This document shows positions 50,903-56,829 of a DNA stretch of 56,829 nt, piece after piece. Numbering within the stretch: position 1 is the first letter of the stretch; every line of letters starts with the position of its first letter. The notes under the pieces were generated by a model. It searched no databases and had not been told where the DNA came from. It saw only the letters and a list, made by a program, of their open reading frames with translations. Both the position numbers and the translations under genes were made by a program. Source of the DNA: a virus; IMG/VR virus record IMGVR_UViG_3300036944_000909. One strand, 5' to 3'.

Positions 50903-51309
50903 GCTGCCTCGCTGCGAATGATGTTGTGCTCGTGCGGCGGGCGCTGGCGCTGGAACTTGAAGCCGGAATACGCTTGCGCACGGTGCGCCTCGCAGTATGG
51001 GCTATCGGGCTGGCATTGATCGCCGCAGAACCGATGGCCGCTGCGGGCTTCAGCGATCGGCCAGCGGCACTGCTCGCGTTCAAGCTCGATGATTGAGAAG
51101 CCTACCTCTTTCGAAACAGCGACAGGACGCGGTGCAAGCACATGCACGATACGTCCCGGCCTGCGCTGTGACAGGCCAAGCCGATGCGCCTTGCCCACGA
51201 CGCTGTTCTTAGACGTCTTCAGTTCACGCGCGATCTGGGCGCATGACAGGCCAGCCGTCCACAACTCACGCAGCTTGGCGATTTCTGGTTCGCCCCAATA
51301 GAACATCAT
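50899..51309 (-). CDS. gcrA: GcrA-family cell-cycle regulator homologue
   Basis: W..EIAKLRELWTAGLSCAQIARELKTSKNSVVGKAHRLGLSQR at the N-terminus, and CRWPI....HRFCGDQCQPDSPYCEAHRAQAY at the C-terminus. ATG at 51309 after GGGAGG (the upstream part of the track ORF is Arg/Ser/Pro junk). Confidence 0.8.
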   Translation of the reverse strand: MMFYWGEPEIAKLRELWTAGLSCAQIARELKTSKNSVVGKAHRLGLSQRRPGRIVHVLAPRPVAVSKEVGFSIIELEREQCRWPIAEARSGHRFCGDQCQPDSPYCEAHRAQAYSGFKFQRQRPPHEHNIIRSEAA

Positions 51310-51539
51310 GCCGCCCTCCCAACGTTGACGCCTTTGACTGAATAGGCCCTGCACCTGTCGTGGTACGTTTCGCGGGGGCGGCGCTCGTGCGGACTTCCCT
51401 CGCCTGCGCACATGGGGCGGGGATGGATGCGGAGATGCGCGCAGCCCTCGCATGTTTGGCGGGTGACGAGCTGGGCTGCTTGGGATGCGGCTTGCCTTAC
51501 GTCGTGCGGCTGGTTGGTTCGAATGTGGCGACCGCTCAT
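51306..51539 (-). CDS. Hypothetical small Cys/His-containing protein (77 aa)
   Basis: ATGA overlaps at both ends. Third-position GC about 80 % in a 60-nt hand count. Confidence 0.45.
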   Translation of the reverse strand: MSGRHIRTNQPHDVRQAASQAAQLVTRQTCEGCAHLRIHPRPMCAGEGSPHERRPRETYHDRCRAYSVKGVNVGRAA

Positions 51540-51961
51540 GCTGCCCTCCGGATGTCGATGCGGACGCCTTCCGGCCCCTCGTCAGCCCAGCCCGCAGACA
51601 CGCGCTCGCATTCCGCGTCATCCTCGGTGACGACGCCGACGAGCAGGTCCAGGATCGGCTTGATCAGGTTGTCGATGTCCCGCTTGCGCTTCGTGCGCGT
51701 GGCGGTGATGACGACTGCGAACTTGCCGGGGATGGCCCCCGCCTGTTGCGCCTGAAGTTCCTGCGTTGCGGCCTTCGACCAGCGGCGATACGCGGTCGAT
51801 CGAACGCGCCCGACGCCCTCAACGTTTGCCCAGCAGCGGTTCACGCTAGGGGGCATCGGCAGGACGATGGACACCACGTCAGCCGCTGGCTTGAACCGGA
51901 TCGGCGTGGACAGCTTGACGTGCGGGCGGGCTTCGATGTCTTTCAGGGTCCAGGTGGTCAT
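51536..51961 (-). CDS. rusA: RusA-family Holliday junction resolvase
   Basis: LPMPPSVNRCW...STAYRRW...KRDIDNLIKPILDLLVGVVTEDD matches the RusA pattern. Confidence 0.8.
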   Translation of the reverse strand: MTTWTLKDIEARPHVKLSTPIRFKPAADVVSIVLPMPPSVNRCWANVEGVGRVRSTAYRRWSKAATQELQAQQAGAIPGKFAVVITATRTKRKRDIDNLIKPILDLLVGVVTEDDAECERVSAGWADEGPEGVRIDIRRAA

Positions 51962-52833
51962 GCGAACAGTGTCCCTTCCTGTTTGAGCTCGAGCTTGGCC
52001 CAGAGGGCCGCGATGACGGGGTGATTGCGGGGCTTGCCCTCGAGCAGCGGGCGCAGCGGCTCGAGCGGGCCGCGATAGCCGGTGTGGTCAGGGGTGGGGC
52101 CAAGCGCGGGCTTCCAAGCGCCCGTCTCGAGCCAGTCGGCCAGGATCGACGGCCAGTCGAGGCCGTCCCGGCTTCCGATGGGAACCACGTTGCCGCTCGG
52201 CAGGTGGTGCTCGTACCGGCCATCGCGGAGAAAGCGATCCAGCGCCGGGGCGTATTCCGCCGTGATGGTCCGCAGCCAGAGCTTTGAGGCGTTGATGATC
52301 TGCTCGGGCTCGTGCTTGTCGCAGGCCCGCTTGAACTGCTCAAGAACCTTCGACTTGGCTTTTGAGCGGGTCCGACCCTTCGCCGGCCACATGGCCCAGA
52401 GTGCTTCGAAGGGCTCGTTCAACGAAATAGATGACGGTTCTAACTGACGGTTTACTTGTCCGGCAGATTTCGCCGCTGGTTGATGCGGTTTTTCGCCATT
52501 GGCAGGATTTGCCGCTGGTGTTTTTGCCTTGATTTCTCCACCGGCAGATTTCGCCACTGGCTGAAATTGCCGCTGGACGAAATACCGATACCGGCCAAGC
52601 GTGCCGTCCGAGTTGCGGGTACGATCCCGCTTCATCGCGCCCATGTTCTCGAGCGCGTCCAGATGCTCCCGCACTGTCCGCTCGCTCATGCCGGTCTCTT
52701 CCGCGATCAGCTTGACGGACGGGTAACAGGACCAATCCTCGTCGCAGCGATTGCACAGCGTCACGAGCGCGAACTTCTGTCCGCTCGAGAGGCCGCGCAG
52801 GGCATAAGCCCAGGTGATTGCCTGAACACTCAT
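51958..52833 (-). CDS. Replication initiator (N-terminal winged-helix domain, lambda O-like organisation)
   Basis: AITWAYALRGLSSGQKFALVTLCNRCDEDWSCYPSVKLIAEETGMSERTVREHLDALENMG is a wHTH. ATGA overlap with the dnaB stop (alternative ATG at 52854). Iterons lie inside the linker-coding region. Confidence 0.7.
   Translation of the reverse strand: MSVQAITWAYALRGLSSGQKFALVTLCNRCDEDWSCYPSVKLIAEETGMSERTVREHLDALENMGAMKRDRTRNSDGTLGRYRYFVQRQFQPVAKSAGGEIKAKTPAANPANGEKPHQPAAKSAGQVNRQLEPSSISLNEPFEALWAMWPAKGRTRSKAKSKVLEQFKRACDKHEPEQIINASKLWLRTITAEYAPALDRFLRDGRYEHHLPSGNVVPIGSRDGLDWPSILADWLETGAWKPALGPTPDHTGYRGPLEPLRPLLEGKPRNHPVIAALWAKLELKQEGTLFA
52462..52576. repeat. Iteron array (candidate ori) inside the initiator gene
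   Basis: GGCAGATTTCGCCGCTGG (52462-52479), GGCAGGATTTGCCGCTGG (52501-52518), GGCAGATTTCGCCACTGG (52543-52560), GGCTGAAATTGCCGCTGG (52559-52576), and a degenerate GCGGTTTTTCGCCATTGG (52485-52502). Confidence 0.65.
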
Positions 52834-54233
52834 GCCGCCGACCTCGCCTGCCACTCGTCCTCGCGATCGAGGATCGCGTTGGCGCCCATCTCGCAGAACA
52901 GCTTGACGGTCCCGACAGGGCCGTTGCGCTGCTTGGCGACGATGAGCTCCATTGTGTTCCGCTCGACGCGGCCAGCGGGTGTCTCGGCGTCGTCATGAGC
53001 TCGGTCGGCGTAGTATTCGTCGCGGTAGAGGAACGTGACGTGCGCGGCATCCTGCTCGAGCGATCCGGAATCGCGGAGGTCCGCCAGCGTCGGGCGCTTG
53101 TTCGTCCGGCTTTCGGTCGCCCGGTTGAGCTGGGACAGGCCGATGACGGCAATCCCGAGCTCGCCAGCCATGTCCATCAGGCCCTTGGAAATGTCGGTCA
53201 CTTCCTGGGTTTTGTTCCCGCCCCGGTTCTTCTCTGGGGTGACGTGGCCGATGTGGTCAACGAACAGCACGCGCAGGGGCGTGCCCTTGTGCTCCATCTT
53301 CGCCTTGAGGCGGCGGGTTCTCGAGCGGATCTCGGAGACGGTCAGGCCCTTGGTTTCGTCAAAGGCGATCGGCAGAGCTCGGACTTCGTTCAGCCCGACC
53401 AGCATTTTCCGGTAATTGGGGCCGTCCGGCATCCGCTTCTTGAGGAACGGCTCGTAATAGGGATTGCCGCTGTTTCCGCCCATGACCGTCAAGGGGCGAT
53501 AGGCTCGAGCCGCGGCCATCCGGCATTGCAGGGCATAGCTGCGCATCTCGAGCGAGAAGACGCCGACGCCATCGCCTCGAGCCGCAATGGCATGGGCCAC
53601 GCTGCACATGGCGGCGGACTTGCCAATCGACGGGCGGGCGGCGATGATACCGAACGCGGCGAGCTCGAAACCGCCTGTCATCTCGTCATAGTCGGCCCAG
53701 CCGGTCTTGACGGACGGCGACATGGAGCTCGAGACGTCATCCCCGAAGGCCCAGGTATCGCTCGAGACAGCGCCTGCCGCAACGTCGGCCAACTGGCGCT
53801 GAAGGCGCTCGAGATTGGCGGGCGCGTTCTGGAACGGCTCGCGCTGAAGGGTCGCCAGATACTCGTTGGCGCAGGTTTCGGAGCGCAGGACGAGGCGGCG
53901 CTGAAGCAGGAACTCGACGGCGTGCTTGACCTCCTCGGCATAGAGGAAGTTCTTGTTGACGCTCGAGATGACCTCGTTGACGTCTTTGACCGCAAAGCCG
54001 TGACCCTTCAGGAGCTCGATAAACCGGGCGGCAGAAAACTCCCCGGTTTTGCGCGTCTCGAGCACGCATTCCCAGATGATCGGGTTCCAGCCAGCGAGGA
54101 AGTCGCCGGGCGCCGGCAGCACGTCGAAGGTGTCCAGAAGCTCATTGCTCGAGAAGGCGCACGCGATCAGCGCCCCCTCGAGATGCTGCCCGAGTTGATC
54201 GTTGACGGTCTTGCGGATCAGCGGGTCGCTCAT
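52830..54233 (-). CDS. dnaB: Replicative DNA helicase (DnaB family)
   Basis: ARPSIGKSAAM (Walker A), LFVDHIGH, LSQLNR, LADLRDSGSLEQDA and IVAKQRNGPVG. Confidence 0.9.
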   Translation of the reverse strand: MSDPLIRKTVNDQLGQHLEGALIACAFSSNELLDTFDVLPAPGDFLAGWNPIIWECVLETRKTGEFSAARFIELLKGHGFAVKDVNEVISSVNKNFLYAEEVKHAVEFLLQRRLVLRSETCANEYLATLQREPFQNAPANLERLQRQLADVAAGAVSSDTWAFGDDVSSSMSPSVKTGWADYDEMTGGFELAAFGIIAARPSIGKSAAMCSVAHAIAARGDGVGVFSLEMRSYALQCRMAAARAYRPLTVMGGNSGNPYYEPFLKKRMPDGPNYRKMLVGLNEVRALPIAFDETKGLTVSEIRSRTRRLKAKMEHKGTPLRVLFVDHIGHVTPEKNRGGNKTQEVTDISKGLMDMAGELGIAVIGLSQLNRATESRTNKRPTLADLRDSGSLEQDAAHVTFLYRDEYYADRAHDDAETPAGRVERNTMELIVAKQRNGPVGTVKLFCEMGANAILDREDEWQARSAA

Positions 54234-54415
54234 TCTGCGGCCCTCGGATACGGGGTGCAGACACGCTCTTTGCTGGCCTCAAGGACGCGCTGGGCCTCCT
54301 CATCACGGGCGAGCATGTGCTTGAGACGTTCGATGGCCTGGGGCCTGCCCACGCGGCGCTTGTAGGCGGCGTAGGCGGCGTCGAGATGCTGGGCGAGTTC
54401 GGTTGCTTCGTTCAC
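54230..54415 (-). CDS. Hypothetical protein (61 aa)
   Basis: GTGA overlap start (VNEATELAQHLD...) and ATGA overlap at the end. Confidence 0.5.
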   Translation of the reverse strand: MNEATELAQHLDAAYAAYKRRVGRPQAIERLKHMLARDEEAQRVLEASKERVCTPYPRAAE

Positions 54416-54780
54416 GCTGCACGCTCCTGACCTTCGTTTGCTTTGCGGAGTTGTGTTGTGGGGTCGTAGGGACGCCCGCCACGAATGGCCCAAACGACCG
54501 TCGAATGATCGCGATTGAAAAGGCGTCCGATGTGGGGGAATGAGTAGCCCAGCTCCTCACGGATGCGCCGCATGGCGAGCCAGCGGGGCTCCATGAGGTA
54601 CTTGAACCGGCGCGGGCCAGTCAGATCCTCGGGCGTCAGTTCATAGGCCGCCGCGACTTCCGCGATGATCTTGCGGGCGCGGGCCGGGGGCGAGGCAATC
54701 AGCACCACGGGCGGCGCCGGGTCGATCGGCTGGCCTGTGAGCGGGTCGAACTCAAGGTAAAACGTCTCTGCGTCGGTCAT
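54412..54780 (-). CDS. DnaA domain-IV-like DNA-binding protein (122 aa), with no AAA+ domain
   Basis: IIAEVAAAYELTPEDLTGPRRFKYLMEPRWLAMRRIREELGYSFPHIGRLFNRDHSTVVWAI matches the DnaA C-terminal HTH pattern, including the ...DHSTV signature. Confidence 0.75.
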   Translation of the reverse strand: MTDAETFYLEFDPLTGQPIDPAPPVVLIASPPARARKIIAEVAAAYELTPEDLTGPRRFKYLMEPRWLAMRRIREELGYSFPHIGRLFNRDHSTVVWAIRGGRPYDPTTQLRKANEGQERAA

Positions 54781-54995
54781 TTGCCCGCCTTTTTCGGTTG
54801 TTTCGGGTTTGCCTTCGCCTCTGTGCGTGGCCCTGTTTGGAGGCGAGCGTCGGGGAGGTTGAGTTCGAGGACGGTGTTGGCGTGGCGGGCGGTTTCCATG
54901 TTCCAGCCGAGCGATTTCGCCAGCTCATTGATGGTGGAGCATTTGGAAGCGAGATTTCTGATCTCGGGGGCGCGGGTTTGGATTTCGGAGGTCAT
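54777..54995 (-). CDS. Hypothetical small protein (72 aa), possible HTH
   Basis: ATGA overlaps on both sides. Confidence 0.55.
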   Translation of the reverse strand: MTSEIQTRAPEIRNLASKCSTINELAKSLGWNMETARHANTVLELNLPDARLQTGPRTEAKANPKQPKKAGK

Positions 54996-56062
54996 GCTGC
55001 TGCCCTCGCTTGGAGGATGGCGCGGCCGATCGTGTACGGAACAATTGGAGGGTTCAGGTTCCCGAGGGCGGCAATTCGGTGTGCCCGATTGGCAACCCCA
55101 TGAACCACTCGCACCACGTCGGGTTCAGGCTCCCAAGTATGGCGTTCTCGCCGTGCGATTGCAGTCCCGATCGGCGCGTAGCTGTTAGAGTAGGCAGCAA
55201 AACCGTCGCCGTCAGACCTAACGAGTTGCGCTCCCACTCCGCGGGAGCCCCGCAGTCCCGATAGTCCCGAGCGCACAGCGTCGGCATCATGGCTACGTGC
55301 GTCCGCAGGTTGTCCCCGCCCTTGCGCTTCTCGCTCCGACCAGGTCCGCCCGTACCGTCCGCTTTCGTCAGCGTGGGCATCATCGCCCGCTCGCGGTTGT
55401 TCACTTCCCGGCCCAATTCGTTTCCACTCGGGCCAGCTCTCCTCGGTTGGCCCGGCTTCCCAACCCCATGCAGCGTCGGAAACATCTCGGCGCCGGTTCG
55501 CCACGATCCAGAGGCGATCACGGATGTGGGGTGCGTCAAAGGCGGCAGCTGGTAGGCAGTGCCATTCCGCATCGAACCCGAGCGCGGCCAGGTCCCCGAG
55601 AACGCGGCCAAAGTCAAATCCCCCGTTGATGCCAAGGAGGTTTGAGCTGTTTTCCAGGATGAGTCCTTCGACTCCCAGTTCGCCAGCCAGACGGGCGATC
55701 TCGCCCCATAGGCCCGAGCGTGTTCCGTCCAGGCCAGATCCTGTGCCCGCAAGGCTGATGTCCTGGCATGGCCAGCCAGCAACGATCCACTGGGGAACAA
55801 TTCCAGCGTCTCGCAGGACGCCTGCGTTGAGGTCGCGGACGTCTTCGAAGATGCGGACATCGGGCCAGTGTTTCCTGAGGATTTTGCGGGGGTATTCTTC
55901 GATCTCGCAGAAGGCGACGGTGCGGAAACCGCCTGTCCGTTCAAGGCCGAGGCTGTAGGCGCCAATTCCGCTGAAGAGATCGAGCACACGCAGCGGCGTC
56001 ACGAACTCGCCGTCATTTCGTGCGTTAAGGATTTTGTCGCGTGTCACGTTGCGGAGGTCCAT
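54992..56062 (-). CDS. DNA (cytosine-5) methyltransferase. The ORF is open, but the conserved central region appears to lie in another frame.
   Basis: Motif I DLFSGIG, IV GWPCQDIS, VI ILENS, VIII FDAPHIRDRLWIVA and X RIAALGNLNPPIVP are all in this frame. ATG at 56062 (the track starts at TTG 56104). See the finding on frame usage between about 55078 and 55500. Confidence 0.75.
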   Translation of the reverse strand: MDLRNVTRDKILNARNDGEFVTPLRVLDLFSGIGAYSLGLERTGGFRTVAFCEIEEYPRKILRKHWPDVRIFEDVRDLNAGVLRDAGIVPQWIVAGWPCQDISLAGTGSGLDGTRSGLWGEIARLAGELGVEGLILENSSNLLGINGGFDFGRVLGDLAALGFDAEWHCLPAAAFDAPHIRDRLWIVANRRRDVSDAAWGWEAGPTEESWPEWKRIGPGSEQPRAGDDAHADESGRYGRTWSEREAQGRGQPADARSHDADAVRSGLSGLRGSRGVGAQLVRSDGDGFAAYSNSYAPIGTAIARRERHTWEPEPDVVRVVHGVANRAHRIAALGNLNPPIVPYTIGRAILQARAAA

Positions 56063-56146
56063 TCCGTAAAGGCTGCGATGTCTTGGCGAGGGCTCCGGGT
56101 GCAATCCGGGGCCTTCGTTCGTTTCAGGTCACGTTCGGAGAAGGGT

Positions 56147-56196
56147 CAGCAGCCGGGCGTTGGGGTCCGGGGGGGGATTGGGACGCCCGGCTGCTG
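56147..56196. promoter_or_regulatory. Perfect 14-bp inverted repeat with a 22-nt G-rich loop
   Basis: CAGCAGCCGGGCGT (56147-56160) ... ACGCCCGGCTGCTG (56183-56196). Loop is tggggtccggggggggattggg. Confidence 0.6.
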
Positions 56197-56257
56197 TTCG
56201 CGCTCTGGTTGGGGGTGGAGCGCGAAACTGAATGAAGGAGCCCCGAGCAGCAGGCTT

Positions 56258-56289
56258 GGGCGTGGGGGTCGGGGGTTTGCTGCGGGGGG
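56258..56289 (+). other. G-tract cluster with G-quadruplex potential
   Basis: GGG cgt GGGGG tc GGGGG tttgctgc GGGGGG. More G runs lie at 56162-56182 and 56209-56222. Confidence 0.45.
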
Positions 56290-56315
56290 TGGCCGTTAGG
56301 CCGAGTGGGGATGAT

Positions 56316-56366
56316 TGTTCGATATCGTACCGAAGCCCTTGACGCGTCGCGGGGCCGCAATATTGT
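56316..56366 (+). promoter_or_regulatory. Operator-like 16-mer TGTTCGATATCGTACC (56316-56331) followed by a sigma70-type promoter, TTGACG (56339-56344) - 16 nt - TATTGT (56361-56366)
   Basis: The right half-site GTACC and the 16-bp geometry match the sites at 207-281 and 1319-1361. The hexamers are correctly spaced and lie 30 nt upstream of the TTG start at 56397. Confidence 0.45.
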
Positions 56367-56396
56367 CGCACCCAAACCGGGCACGCAGGGGGCTAC

Positions 56397-56645
56397 TTGG
56401 CTGAATTCGTTGAGAGTATTGGGCGCTACGTCTTTGACGCGGCGAACGGAACCGTTGCGACCGTCATGGCTAAGAAGGACGCGGACGGGCGCATAACCGA
56501 AACCGTCACGCACATCACGACGGTGCAGATATTCCTGAAATGGTGCGCATCCATGCGCGCCGTTGAGGCTGACATCATGCAGCACATGGGCAGGCAGAAC
56601 GTCGTTGAGATGAGCGATTTCCGGGGTCATGCCGATACGGCCTGA
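56397..56645 (+). CDS. Hypothetical protein (82 aa), convergent with and overlapping the Cro/CII-like gene by 19 nt
   Basis: TTG start after AGGGGG. Hand-counted third-position GC is about 60/85/75 % in three 60-nt blocks, against about 60/50/55 % for the competing - strand ORF 56124-56630. More natural amino-acid composition. Confidence 0.5.
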   Translation: MAEFVESIGRYVFDAANGTVATVMAKKDADGRITETVTHITTVQIFLKWCASMRAVEADIMQHMGRQNVVEMSDFRGHADTA

Positions 56646-56829
56646 CGCTCACGCCCCTTGATCTTGGGCTTGTGCTTCGGGGGCGTGTAGTTCGGGTCGA
56701 TGTCCATGCGGCGCAGTTCGCGCTCAGCTTCCAAGAAGCTGACGACGCTGCACCCCTTCCCTTTCGCCAGGTGGTCGATGACCCCGGCGCGATCGTTGAA
56801 GATCGCCTTGGACAAAGTCGCGCGCGATA
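56627..56829 (-). CDS. Cro/CII-like HTH regulator, 3' part of the junction-spanning gene (see 1-197)
   Basis: Same frame as ORF 56627-56815. The frame stays open to the window end and continues at base 128 after removing the 127-bp duplicate. Confidence 0.7.
   Translation of the reverse strand, partial: SRATLSKAIFNDRAGVIDHLAKGKGCSVVSFLEAERELRRMDIDPNYTPPKHKPKIKGRERQAVSA
56703..56829. repeat. Terminal direct repeat, right copy (identical to 1-127)
   Basis: 127/127 identity. Confidence 0.95.

Larger units (their letters stand above)
1..56829. mobile_element. Complete circular temperate phage genome with a podovirus-type (T7-like) virion module, a lambdoid-style immunity/recombination/replication set, an integrase and attP
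   Basis: Exact 127-bp overlap of the two ends. Full set of packaging, head, tail, lysis, replication, recombination, integrase and repressor genes in three operon blocks. Confidence 0.85.

Noticed and set aside
51310-51621. N-terminal extension of the GcrA ORF (track 50899-51621), and similar upstream extensions of 13712-15184, 15570-16238, 48814-49509 and 33227-33697.
   Set aside because: The extensions are Arg/Ser/Pro-rich and overlap the preceding gene. Internal ATGs with good RBS or ATGA coupling coincide with where the recognisable domain begins.
55504-55590. WPRSGSMRNGTAYQLPP... in the alternative frame of the methyltransferase, which looked like a conserved methylase block.
   Set aside because: It overlaps the same nucleotides as the canonical motif VIII (LGFDAEWHCLPAAAFDAPHIRDRLWIVA) in the main frame, which is a far better match. 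The alternative frame appears meaningful only downstream of about 55500.
56124-56630. 168-aa - strand ORF that would link the Cro-like gene to the methyltransferase by an ATGA overlap.
   Set aside because: Its 3' half is Pro/Ser/Gln low complexity produced by the C-rich complement of the G tracts. Third-position GC in 56401-56580 is lower than for the + strand ORF 56397-56645. Kept as an alternative, not excluded with certainty.

Overview
This window is a complete, circularly closed genome of a high-GC temperate phage. Bases 1-127 recur exactly at 56703-56829, so the unique length is 56,702 bp.

Layout:
1. Immunity switch at the junction. An XRE-type repressor (283-618, +) faces a Cro/CII-like HTH gene that runs across the junction on the - strand. 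Three 16-bp operator-like sites lie between them.
2. A + strand early operon (1408-8590). It carries an ERF annealase, a YqaJ exonuclease, HNH genes, an excisionase-like HTH and a tyrosine integrase. It ends at a 49-nt 5' fragment of tRNA-Pro(UGG), the probable attP core.
3. A small accessory region (8847-10441).
4. A roughly 36-kb - strand late operon (46555 down to 10438). Its order is: collagen-like protein, TerS, TerL, portal, scaffold, capsid, T7-type tail tubular A/B, internal/ejection proteins including one 3191-aa ORF, and a beta-helix tailspike. These are followed by an unexplained five-gene cassette (methyltransferase, three coiled-coil/membrane proteins, an Hsp70-family ATPase). The cassette is translationally coupled to a membrane-tailed lysozyme and an overlapped spanin pair.
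5. A - strand early operon (56062 down to 47786), mostly ATGA-coupled. It carries a C5 cytosine methyltransferase, a DnaA-domain-IV-only protein, a DnaB helicase, an initiator with internal iterons, RusA, a GcrA homologue, three mini membrane peptides and a NusG/RfaH-like factor.

The GcrA homologue and the tRNA fragment point to an alphaproteobacterial host. I saw no rRNA, no complete tRNA, no CRISPR array and no phage RNA or DNA polymerase.

All functional calls come from motif-level reading of the translations, gene order, start/stop coupling and hand counts of third-position GC. No database search was run.

The best candidate for a new system is the Hsp70 / membrane coiled-coil / methyltransferase cassette at 12180-16975. 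It sits where a holin would normally be.
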